Below, in pieces: positions 20,113 to 30,972 of a stretch of 64,000 bases of DNA (position 1 is the first letter of the stretch; each line of letters opens with the position of its first letter). A program made the position numbers and the translations under genes. The stretch is taken from the NCBI GenBank assembly GCA_050249455.1, contig JBFWQM010000003.1:10383-74382 (forward strand), read 5' to 3'. The notes under the pieces were generated by a model. That model was not told the DNA's origin, ran no database searches, and was given only the letters and a program-made list of their open reading frames with translations. This stretch comes from Rhodospirillaceae bacterium. GTDB lineage: Bacteria; Pseudomonadota; Alphaproteobacteria; MPNO01; VGEU01.

Positions 20113-20934
20113 CTACTGCGGCAGGACCTCCAACGTCGCGGTATAGGCGGCGCGCCGGCGGGCGTTCTTGATCTCGCTCTTGTCGTCCTGGACCGAGGCG
20201 TTGATCCAGTACATGCCGGGCTGCGTCCAGCTCAGCTCGATCTTGCCTTCCTCGTCGGTGGTGTAGGTCTTCTCGTGAAGGTTGTCGCGGTAGCGGATGC
20301 CGCCCGGGATCACGGTCACCTTGAGGCCGGCGGTCGGCTTGCCGTCGAGCAGCATGCGGAACGTCGCCGGCTCGCCGACGACGAGGTCGTTGGGATGCGT
20401 CACCGGCAACAGCTCCAGCCCTTCGTTGGTCGGCTTCAGCACCGTGTCGGTCGGCTTGCCGTTGGTGACGAACACCTCCAGCCGGCCTTGCATCTGGGTG
20501 ACGCGCAGGTCCTCGGCATTGGCCGGCACTTCCTTGGCGTAGTTCGCGGCGGTGCCGCGCCAGCGCTTCTGCTGGCCGTCCACCTTGTAGCTGGCGAACA
20601 TGCCGCTGTTCAGGATCGCGATCTTGTAGGTGCCCTTCTGCTTGAGCTGCACGTCGAAGGTGCTGCGGTACTTGCCAGTGCTCTGGTTCTCCGCCGTCGT
20701 CGCCGTGCCGTCCGGCGCCACGACGGCGAGGTTGTCGAGGCGCATCGGCACGTGCTCGAAATAGAACAGGTCGTTGGACACCGCCGCGTCGACGGTGACC
20801 CACAGGTTGTCGCCGGACACCACCGTCGCCGACGGCAGCAGCCATTGCCGGTGCGCCTGCGCGCCCGACAGCGGCAGGCAGGCGGCGATCGCCAGGAGCA
20901 GGATCTTGGCAGGCGTCTTCATCGCGGTCCTCAT
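20113..20934 (-). CDS. DUF4198 family exported protein
   Basis: Signal peptide ending AQA-H, HRQWLLPS, GLELLPVTHPNDL, GIRYRD; operon context. Confidence 0.8.
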   Translation of the reverse strand: MRTAMKTPAKILLLAIAACLPLSGAQAHRQWLLPSATVVSGDNLWVTVDAAVSNDLFYFEHVPMRLDNLAVVAPDGTATTAENQSTGKYRSTFDVQLKQKGTYKIAILNSGMFASYKVDGQQKRWRGTAANYAKEVPANAEDLRVTQMQGRLEVFVTNGKPTDTVLKPTNEGLELLPVTHPNDLVVGEPATFRMLLDGKPTAGLKVTVIPGGIRYRDNLHEKTYTTDEEGKIELSWTQPGMYWINASVQDDKSEIKNARRRAAYTATLEVLPQ

Positions 20935-20953
20935 GGTCGGGTCCCCCAGGATT

Positions 20954-21466
20954 CTACGGCTTGAGGTCGAGGGCGAGGGCGCCGAGCTCGTGCTCGCCCT
21001 TCGCGGTCAGGCTTTGCGCCGCCTTGGGCGGCCACTGGAACGGGATGCGCAGCAGCTCGCGGCCGCCGACCTCGCGCGCGGCCTCGACGACCAGTTTGTA
21101 TTCGCCGGGCGGCAGCTCCTTGAGCGGCGCCTTCGCGTCGGAGAAGGTGAGGGTGTGGTCGCCCGGCGCGCGCGTCGCGCCGGTGATGCCGTCCACCGGC
21201 ATCCGCAGGTCGCGGCCGGTGCGCCGCCACCACTGGCGCATGTCCTTGAGCCAGGTGGTGCCCTCGTTGTTCTTGAGCTTGACGTCGTACCAGACCATCA
21301 GGTTGGCGGCGACGCTCTGGTCGGCGCGTTCCACCCACATCGCGACGTAGGGCTTGTGGTACTCGGCGACGGTCAGCCGCGGGATCTCGACCTTCAGCGA
21401 CAGGTCCGCCGCGGCGGCCGGCGTCACGATCAGCGCGGTCACGGCGATGGGAAGCGCAGGACGCAT
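20954..21466 (-). CDS. DUF2271 family exported protein, predicted flavinylation target
   Basis: Signal peptide, EYHKPYVA.W, WLKD.RQWWR, DGITGATR ([S/T]GA[S/T] motif), EAAREVGGRE. Confidence 0.85.
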   Translation of the reverse strand: MRPALPIAVTALIVTPAAAADLSLKVEIPRLTVAEYHKPYVAMWVERADQSVAANLMVWYDVKLKNNEGTTWLKDMRQWWRRTGRDLRMPVDGITGATRAPGDHTLTFSDAKAPLKELPPGEYKLVVEAAREVGGRELLRIPFQWPPKAAQSLTAKGEHELGALALDLKP

Positions 21467-21477
21467 CAAATGCCTCG

Positions 21478-22191
21478 TCAGTGGATGAACAGGATGGCCA
21501 GCGCCGCCGGGATCAGCAGGCCGAGCCCGGTGATCGGCCACGTGGCGGGCCGGTTGCCGGCATGGAGCTGGAGGAGGAGGAGGCCGGTCGCGCAGAACAC
21601 CAGGCACGCGACGGCGAAGATGTCGATGAACCAGCTCCACACGATGCCGGTGTGGCGACCCTTGTGCAGGTCGTTCAGATAGGCGATCCAGCCACGGTCG
21701 GTCTTCTCGTAGGTCGCCTCGCCGGTCTGCAGGTCGATGCGCAGCCAGGCGTCGCCGCCCGGCCGCGGCAGGCCGAGATAGACCTCGTCGTCCGACCAGT
21801 CGGGCGTGACGCCGGCGATGTCGACCGAAAGCGCGCGGGCCGCCCATTCGCCCGCCTGCGCGGGGATCGGGCCCTCGGCGTCGGCGGCGTCCTTCAGCGT
21901 CGTCTTCAGCGCATCCGGCAACGTCGCGGTGCGCGTCGTCACGGTCGGCGTCGCCCCGATCGAGCCGGCATGGTTCAGCGTGATGCCGGTGGCGGCGAAC
22001 AGGATCATGCCCACCAGGCACAGCGCCGAGCTCATCCAGTGCCAGGTGTGGAGCTGCTTCAGCCAGAAGGTCCGGCGCCCCTTGGCGCCGCGCGAGCGGC
22101 GCGCGCCGCCGGCTGCCGCCGCCGAGCGCAGCGATGCCGCAGTCGTCCCAGGGACGGCGGCAGGACGGCGTTCGTGGTCGGTGGCGAGCAA
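21478..22191 (-). CDS. PepSY-associated TM helix protein (putative heme-b membrane electron carrier)
   Basis: LHTWHW.SSA, TGITLNH, LNDLHKGR, W.WFID, TGL.LL; start codon uncertain. Confidence 0.82.
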   Translation of the reverse strand: MLATDHERRPAAVPGTTAASLRSAAAAGGARRSRGAKGRRTFWLKQLHTWHWMSSALCLVGMILFAATGITLNHAGSIGATPTVTTRTATLPDALKTTLKDAADAEGPIPAQAGEWAARALSVDIAGVTPDWSDDEVYLGLPRPGGDAWLRIDLQTGEATYEKTDRGWIAYLNDLHKGRHTGIVWSWFIDIFAVACLVFCATGLLLLQLHAGNRPATWPITGLGLLIPAALAILFIH

Positions 22192-22241
22192 ACGGGACGA
22201 TCCGATGAGAGCGAAGCGGCGGCTGGCGCCACCATAATGTT

Positions 22242-22260
22242 ATTGCGACTTATTCGCAAT
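22242..22260. promoter_or_regulatory. Putative Fur-type iron box
   Basis: 19-bp ATTGCGA-CTTAT-TCGCAAT with perfect 7-bp arms, in an AT-rich patch upstream of the PepSY-DUF2271-DUF4198-apbE operon. Confidence 0.7.
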
Positions 22261-22449
22261 TGGTAACTGGTGCGACGTTTCCGCCGCCCAGACCCCGCGA
22301 CACACACGCGCCGCCGCGCCCATTCCGTCGCGCCGGGCAGGAGAATTTTGCAAGACCGCGCCGATTCGAAAGCCGAACCGGAAACGCCGTCGGCAGCGCA
22401 TTCCGGGCGTTGAACCCGGTGCGTCGCCCCGCGCCTTCGGCGTCCGCCG

Positions 22450-24015
22450 TTACGACGCCGGCGGCAGGTCCACGGCAAACAGCCGCGCGCCGTCGCGGCC
22501 ATGCAGGGTGACGGTCATCACGCCGGTCGCGCCGTCGACCGTCACCGTGCCGAACGTCTGCAGGCCATCGGACGGCGGCCGGTTCGGCGCGGCGCCGGGC
22601 TCCCGGTTGCGGAACATCACCTGCGGGCCGAACGTCGGGTCGAGGGTGCCGGGGCCGAAGGTGCCGGCGTGCAGCGGGCCGGCGACGAACTCCCAGAACG
22701 GGTCGAAGTCGGCGAACCGCGCCGCCGCGGGGTCGTAGCGGTGGGCGGCCGCGTAGTGCACGTCGGCGGTGAGCCACACCACGTTGCGCACGCCCATGAC
22801 CTTGATGGCGTGCAGCAGCCTGGCGATCTCCAGCTCGCGGCCGAGCGGCGGACCGCCGTCGCCATTGGCAACCGCCTCGAAATCATGCGCGCCGTCGGCG
22901 ACGACCAGGCCGATCGGCATGTCGGCGGCGATCACCTTCCAGGTCGCGGTGGAGGCGGCGAGCGCGCGGATCAGCCAGCTCACCTGATGACGCCCGAGGA
23001 ACGCGGCGGCAGGATCCTCCGTCGCCTGGCGGTTCGGCGAGTTGGGGCCGCGGTAGCTGCGCATGTCGAGCATGAACACGTCGAGGTGCGGGCCGTAGGC
23101 GATGCGGCGATGGATGCGCCCGGGGTCGCGGGGATCGAGGCGGGTCGGCGTGAATTCCAGAAACGCCTGCCGCGCCCGTGCGGCGAGGACGTCGGCGCGC
23201 GTCTCCGCATAGCGGTCGTCGGCGATGCGCTGGCCGGGATACCAGTTGTTGCGCACCTCATGGTCGTCCCACTGGGCGATCACGGGCACCTCCGCGTTGA
23301 AGCGGCGGAACGGATCGTCGAGCAGGTTGTAGGCGTAGTTGCCGCGGAACTCGTCCAGCGTCTCGGCGACCTTGGCCTTGGCGGGGGTGACCAGGTTGCG
23401 CCACACCGTCCCGTCGTCCAGCGCCACCTCCGGCGCCAGCGGGCCGTCGGCGTAGACGTAGTCGCCCGAGTGGATGAAGAAGTCCAAGGCTTGCGCGCGC
23501 ATCGCATCGAAGATCGTCATGCCGCCGCGCGCGACGTCGATGCCCCAGCCCTGGCCGACCATGTCGCCGGACCAGCCGAACCGCACGGTCCGCCGGTCCG
23601 CGGGGGCGGTCCGGAAGCGGCCGGACGCCGGCGCGCTCAGGGTGGTCAGGTCGCCGAGGTCCTGGAACCAGGCGCGGTAGAACACGTCCTGGCCGGCGGG
23701 CAGGCCGGCGAGGTCGACCCGCGCGGTGAAGCCGGTGTCGGCCACCGCCGCAGGCCCGACGACGCGCCGGCGTTCGGCAAACGACTCGGTCGTGGCGTAC
23801 TCGACGATCAGCCGCGCCGGGCGGTCGGTGACGCTCCACACGATGCAGCCGGTTGCGGTGACGTCGCCGCTCATCGCGCCACCCGCGATCGACGGGCGCA
23901 TCCGGTCGGATGCGACCACAGCGAAGGGCCGCAGCAGCGGCAGCGCCGTCCCGGCGGCCGCGGTGCGGAGCAGGCGGCGGCGGCCGATCTTCGTCCGGGC
24001 GGGGAAATCGGTCAT
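22450..24015 (-). CDS. phoD: Alkaline phosphatase D family (Tat-exported)
   Basis: RRRLL Tat motif, HSGDYVYAD, WDDHEV.NN, LDMRSYR, TADVHY. Confidence 0.92.
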   Translation of the reverse strand: MTDFPARTKIGRRRLLRTAAAGTALPLLRPFAVVASDRMRPSIAGGAMSGDVTATGCIVWSVTDRPARLIVEYATTESFAERRRVVGPAAVADTGFTARVDLAGLPAGQDVFYRAWFQDLGDLTTLSAPASGRFRTAPADRRTVRFGWSGDMVGQGWGIDVARGGMTIFDAMRAQALDFFIHSGDYVYADGPLAPEVALDDGTVWRNLVTPAKAKVAETLDEFRGNYAYNLLDDPFRRFNAEVPVIAQWDDHEVRNNWYPGQRIADDRYAETRADVLAARARQAFLEFTPTRLDPRDPGRIHRRIAYGPHLDVFMLDMRSYRGPNSPNRQATEDPAAAFLGRHQVSWLIRALAASTATWKVIAADMPIGLVVADGAHDFEAVANGDGGPPLGRELEIARLLHAIKVMGVRNVVWLTADVHYAAAHRYDPAAARFADFDPFWEFVAGPLHAGTFGPGTLDPTFGPQVMFRNREPGAAPNRPPSDGLQTFGTVTVDGATGVMTVTLHGRDGARLFAVDLPPAS

Positions 24016-24074
24016 GGGTGCGCGGGCAGGGTAGGTCCGGCCGATGACAGCGCCGCGACGGCGGGGCCTGACGG

Positions 24075-24311
24075 TCAGAGCGGCTTGAAGACGGCAGATT
24101 CCCGGACCGATTCGACGCCGTCAATGGCGCGGACCGCATCCAACCTGGAACGCGGCCCGCGCGCGTTGACGATCAGGAAGCGGTCGCGGCGCTCGATCGC
24201 CTCGAGGCCGAGCGCTTCGAGCGCCGCGCAGACGCGGTCGATCTCTCCCGCCGCATCGCGGCCGATCCGGATCGTCAGCTCGACGACCGCGGCGTTCGCA
24301 TCGTCCGCCAT
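24075..24311 (-). CDS. Small protein resembling a subtilisin propeptide / I9 inhibitor
   Basis: 78 aa, GGAGAGG RBS, 27 nt downstream of the S8 gene; beta-alpha-beta-beta-alpha-beta pattern ending LDAVRAIDGVESVRE; function inferred. Confidence 0.6.
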   Translation of the reverse strand: MADDANAAVVELTIRIGRDAAGEIDRVCAALEALGLEAIERRDRFLIVNARGPRSRLDAVRAIDGVESVRESAVFKPL

Positions 24312-24338
24312 CGACCTCTCCCGATTGGGCGCCCGGTT

Positions 24339-25676
24339 CTAAAGTGGGGCCTGCGCGAAGCCCTTGCCAACGTCGCGCGGCGGCGATCGCAGCGGCTTGA
24401 CGAGCTGGAGGAGCCGCGCCCACAGCGCCCAGCCGCGGTACTTGGGATCGCACTCGGCGATCAGCGCGGCGATGCCCGCGACGTGCGGGGTCGCCATGCT
24501 GGTGCCGCTCATCGTCGCGTAGCCGCCGCCCGGCGCGGCGGAGTGGATGTTGACCCCGGGCGCGGCGAGATCGACCTCCTGCCCGGTGTTCAGCCCGCCG
24601 CACGAGAAGCGGGCAGGCCGGTAGGCGGCGTCGACGGCGCCGACCGCGAGGATCGCCGGGCAGTTGGCGGGCGAGCCGATCGGCGCGATGCGGCCGGGCC
24701 GCTCGCTCTCGTTGCCGGCGGCGGCGACCACCAGCGAGCCGGCGTCGAGGCAAGCCTGGCCGATCTGCTCGTAGTCGTCGTTGGGGCTCTCGCCGATCCC
24801 GACCTGGGCGCCGAGCGACATCGAGATGACGGCGCAGCCCTCCGCCACGGCCCAGTCCATCCCGGCGATGATCGAGCGGTCGGTGCCGAAGCCGTCGTCG
24901 CCCAGCACCTTGCCCGCATAGATCTCGGCGCCGTAGGCGACGCCGTAGCGCGGGCCGGACGACGGCTTTAGCGGGCCGCAGGCGGTGCCGACGCAATGCG
25001 TGCCGTGGCCATGCGTGTCGTCGGGCGAGCTGCGCGTCGCGAACAGCTTCTTGACGATCCGCCGGCCGCGGAAGTCGGGGTGGCGGTGGTCGAAGCCGGT
25101 GTCGAGGACGGCGACCTTGATGCCGGCGCCGGAAAGGCGCGTCTGGCCCGCCTTGATCGTGCGCACGCCCCACGTGACGGAAGGATCCGCCGCCGCGGCC
25201 TCGACGTCGCCCGGTGCACCCCCGTCCGCCATGCCGAGCAGCCGGTCGGCCAGCTCGTTGACCGCGTCGCGGTAGCCGCGCAGGTATGCCCGGTCGATGC
25301 TTTCTTCCGGCGCGGCCAGCGACGGCATCGCGCCGTCGTCCGGCATGCCGAGCGCCCGGAAGCGGCGCTCCGGCCGGGTGTTGGCGACCATGCGGTCGTC
25401 GATCGCCGGCGCCAGCATGGCCTGCACCTGGTCGAACTGCTCGCGGACCACGGCGATCCCGAAGCGCTCGAAGTACTGGACGTCGGCGCCGCCGAAGTCG
25501 TTGGGCACCGCTTCGGCGCCGCGGAAGTCGGCGGAAGACGCCACCCGGACGCCGTCCTTCTCGAAGCGCTTGATCGCGGTCCCGGCGGCACCGCGGTGGA
25601 ATCGGACGACATAGCCGAGCGGCGGCCGTGCCGCCGCCGAAGCCGCGGCGGCGGACCTGCGTGTCTGACGTGCCAT
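24339..25676 (-). CDS. S8 family (subtilisin-like) serine protease
   Basis: Catalytic triad VLDTG, HGHGTH, SGTSMATPHVAG; AAAGN oxyanion motif; no signal peptide; ATG at 25676 chosen. Confidence 0.93.
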   Translation of the reverse strand: MARQTRRSAAAASAAARPPLGYVVRFHRGAAGTAIKRFEKDGVRVASSADFRGAEAVPNDFGGADVQYFERFGIAVVREQFDQVQAMLAPAIDDRMVANTRPERRFRALGMPDDGAMPSLAAPEESIDRAYLRGYRDAVNELADRLLGMADGGAPGDVEAAAADPSVTWGVRTIKAGQTRLSGAGIKVAVLDTGFDHRHPDFRGRRIVKKLFATRSSPDDTHGHGTHCVGTACGPLKPSSGPRYGVAYGAEIYAGKVLGDDGFGTDRSIIAGMDWAVAEGCAVISMSLGAQVGIGESPNDDYEQIGQACLDAGSLVVAAAGNESERPGRIAPIGSPANCPAILAVGAVDAAYRPARFSCGGLNTGQEVDLAAPGVNIHSAAPGGGYATMSGTSMATPHVAGIAALIAECDPKYRGWALWARLLQLVKPLRSPPRDVGKGFAQAPL

Positions 25677-25781
25677 ATTATCCCCCAATTGACCCCGTCT
25701 TCGGACGCCCCCCGGCATCCGGTACGGGAACTCTATAGGGACAGGTCGTGAGCTGCCTAGGGCGACAAACGGCGCAAGGCG

Positions 25782-26529
25782 ATGCAGTGGTCGGCTGAGG
25801 GCATCGTCGTCGCGGTGCGCGCGCACGGCGAGACCTCGGCGGTCGTCGCCCTGCTGACCCGCGACCACGGACGCCATGCCGGGCTCGCCCGCGGCGGCGC
25901 CGGCCGGCGCGGCCGCGGCGTCTACCAGGTCGGCAACGTGGTCGCGGCGACATGGCGGGCGCGGCTGGGCGAGCACCTCGGCACCTATGCGTGCGAGCTG
26001 GTGCGCGCCCATGCCGCCGACCTCCTGTCGGAGGCGCTGCCGCTGGCCGCGCTCAATGCCGTCGCGGCGGTGGTCGAGACGGCGCTGCCCGAGCGCGAGC
26101 CGCATCCGGCGCTCTATGACGCGACGCTGGCGATGGTGGCGGCGCTGCACGAGCCGGGCTGGGCGCCCGCCTACGTGCGCTGGGAGGTCGCGCTGCTGGC
26201 CGAGCTCGGCTTCGGTCTCGACCTCGCGGCCTGCGCGCTGACCGGGGCGGCCGCCGACCTCGCCTATGTCTCGCCGCGCACCGGGCGAGCGGTCTCGCGG
26301 GCGGCGGCGGCGCCGTACCGCGACCGCCTGCTGGCTTTGCCGCCGTTCCTGGCGGACGCCGCCGCCGCGGCGACCCCGGCGGCGGTTCGCGACGGACTGG
26401 CGCTGACCGGGCACTTTCTCGACCGTGACGTGTTTGCGGCGCACGGCCGCACGGCGCCGGCGGCGCGCGACCGACTCGTTGATGGACTCAGGCGTCTGGC
26501 TACTATATCTGGACGCATGGACGTACCGC

Positions 26530-26540
<11 letters not shown>
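25782..26540 (+). CDS. recO: DNA repair protein RecO
   Basis: MQW..EGIV...[33 protein letters not shown]. Confidence 0.95.
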
Positions 26541-28767
<2,227 letters not shown>

Positions 28768-28892
28768 CGGGTAGTTGATCAGCGCGGTTGGCTGCCACGC
28801 TGGCGCGACGGGCGGCGCTCCGCTAGAAGACCGCCGCGAATTCAAGGCGCAAGAAGGCGGCGTGGCCGCCGGCGCCACCGCAGGAGTTTGGC

Positions 28893-29441
28893 TTGCACGT
28901 CATTGCCGCTTTCGTGCGCGCGGTCGACCGTTGCAACGACTGGCTTGGCCGTTACCTCGCGTGGCTGATCCTGGGCAGCGTGCTGGTGTGCGCGCTGACC
29001 GCGATCCTGCGCTACGGGTTCAACGTCGGCTTCGTCTGGATGCAGGAGCTGTACGTCGTCCTGTTCGCGGTGAACTTCACCTTGGCGGCGGGCTTCACCT
29101 ACGCGCGCAACCAGCATGTCCGCGTCGATATCTTCAGCACGCGGATGAGCGAGCGCACGCGCGCCTGGATCGAGGCCCTGGGGTTCGTGTTCCTGATGCT
29201 GCCGTGGCTGGTGGCGATCCTCTACGCCGCCTGGCCGTTCGTCGGCCTGTCATGGCGGATCCTGGAATCCTCCGGCAGTCCCGGCGGCTTGCCGGGGTTC
29301 TTCCTGGTCAAGTCCGCGATCCCGCTGTTCTGCCTGGTGCTGGGCCTGCAGGGGCTGGCCTCCTGCGGGCGCAGCGCGCTGGTCCTCGCCGGCCGCCGCG
29401 ACCTTCTGGCGCCGCGCGACGGCGCGGCAGCCGCCGGCTGA
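28893..29441 (+). CDS. dctQ: TRAP transporter small permease (DctQ)
   Basis: Four TM segments, HVRVDIF motif; TTG start after GGAG. Confidence 0.9.
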   Translation: MHVIAAFVRAVDRCNDWLGRYLAWLILGSVLVCALTAILRYGFNVGFVWMQELYVVLFAVNFTLAAGFTYARNQHVRVDIFSTRMSERTRAWIEALGFVFLMLPWLVAILYAAWPFVGLSWRILESSGSPGGLPGFFLVKSAIPLFCLVLGLQGLASCGRSALVLAGRRDLLAPRDGAAAAG

Positions 29442-29451
29442 GACGCCGGCG

Positions 29452-30933
29452 ATGTCGAGCGCGCTGATCGGGGAGCTGTTTAGCGGCGCGCTGCTCGTCA
29501 TCGTCTGCTTCGTCCTGATCGCCGGCTATCCGGTGGCGTTCAGCCTGGCCGGCACCTCGCTGATCGTCGCCGGGCTGGCCTGGCTGTTCGGCGCCTTCGA
29601 CTTCTCCATCCTGCACGGCATCGCCTCGCGCTATTTCGGCGTGATGCTGAACGAGGTCCTGGTGGCCGTGCCGCTGTTCGTCTTCATGGGCATGGTGCTG
29701 GAGCGGTCGGGCATCGCGGAGGACCTCCTGACCACGATGGGGCAGCTCTTCGGCAAGCTGCGGGGCGGCCTCGGCTATTCGGTGGTGCTGGTCGGTGCGC
29801 TGCTGGCCGCCTCCACTGGCGTCGTCGGCGCGACGGTGGTCACGATGGGGCTGATCAGCCTGCCGGCGATGACGCGCGCCGGCTACGACCCGAAGATCTC
29901 GACCGGGGTCATCTGCGCCTCGTCCACCCTGGCCCAGATCATCCCGCCGTCGACCGTGCTGATCTTCGTCGGCGACATGCTGCAGGGGATCAACCAGACC
30001 GCGCAGCTCAAGCGCGGCAACTTCGCGCCGGAGCCGGTCTCGGTCGGCGACCTGTTCGCCGGCGCGCTGCTGCCGGGGCTGCTGCTCGTCGGGCTCTATG
30101 CGTCGTGGGTCTTCATCCGCAGCGTCATGGATCCCGCCTCGATGCCGGCCCTGACGCTGTCGCCGGCGGAGCGGCGCAGCCTCTTCCGCCGGGTCGCCAC
30201 GGCGCTGGCGCCGCCGCTCCTCCTCATCCTCGCCGTGCTGGGCAGCATCCTGGCCGGCGTCGCGACGCCGACCGAGTCCGCTTCGATCGGCGCCCTGGGG
30301 GCACTGATCCTGGCGATGGTCAAGCGCCGCTATAGCCATGCGATGCTGCGCGAGGCGGTGGTCAGCACGACGCTGACCAGCTCGATGATCTTCGTCATCC
30401 TACTTGGCGCGTCGGTGTTCTCGCTGGTGTTCCGGGGGCTCGGCGGCGAGGCGATGGTGGAGGATTTCCTGGCCGGCATGCCGGGCGGCGCGTTCGGCGC
30501 GATGCTGTTCGTGATGCTGGTGATGTTCGTGCTCGGGTTCTTCCTCGACACGTTCGAGATCATCTTCATCGTGCTGCCGATCTGCGGCGTGCCATTGCTG
30601 GTGCTCGGCATTGATCCGATCTGGTTCGGCGTGATGATCGGCATGGTGCTGCAGACCAGCTTCCTGACGCCGCCGTTCGGCTTCACGCTGTTCTACATGC
30701 GAAACATCGCGCCGGACTCGGTGCCGACCAGCGCGATCTGGCGCGGCGCGATGCCGTTCGTGGCGCTGCAGCTGGTCGGCCTGGCGGCGCTGTGGAACTA
30801 CCACGGGCTGGCGACGTGGCTGCCGAATGCGATCTTCCGCGCGCCCGCCGCCGTCGAGATCGCGCCGCCGCCGCCGCTGCCGCCGGAAACCGACCAGCCC
30901 GAGCAGGACCCGGGCGACGCACCCCCGCCGTAA
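29452..30933 (+). CDS. dctM: TRAP transporter large permease (DctM)
   Basis: GYPVAF.L, AVPLF.FMG, QIIPPS, QTSFLTPPFG; Pro-rich tail. Confidence 0.93.
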   Translation: MSSALIGELFSGALLVIVCFVLIAGYPVAFSLAGTSLIVAGLAWLFGAFDFSILHGIASRYFGVMLNEVLVAVPLFVFMGMVLERSGIAEDLLTTMGQLFGKLRGGLGYSVVLVGALLAASTGVVGATVVTMGLISLPAMTRAGYDPKISTGVICASSTLAQIIPPSTVLIFVGDMLQGINQTAQLKRGNFAPEPVSVGDLFAGALLPGLLLVGLYASWVFIRSVMDPASMPALTLSPAERRSLFRRVATALAPPLLLILAVLGSILAGVATPTESASIGALGALILAMVKRRYSHAMLREAVVSTTLTSSMIFVILLGASVFSLVFRGLGGEAMVEDFLAGMPGGAFGAMLFVMLVMFVLGFFLDTFEIIFIVLPICGVPLLVLGIDPIWFGVMIGMVLQTSFLTPPFGFTLFYMRNIAPDSVPTSAIWRGAMPFVALQLVGLAALWNYHGLATWLPNAIFRAPAAVEIAPPPPLPPETDQPEQDPGDAPPP

Positions 30934-30972
30934 ATCTGCCGCACCGGCCCCGGCCGGCGCGGCGCCTGGCGT

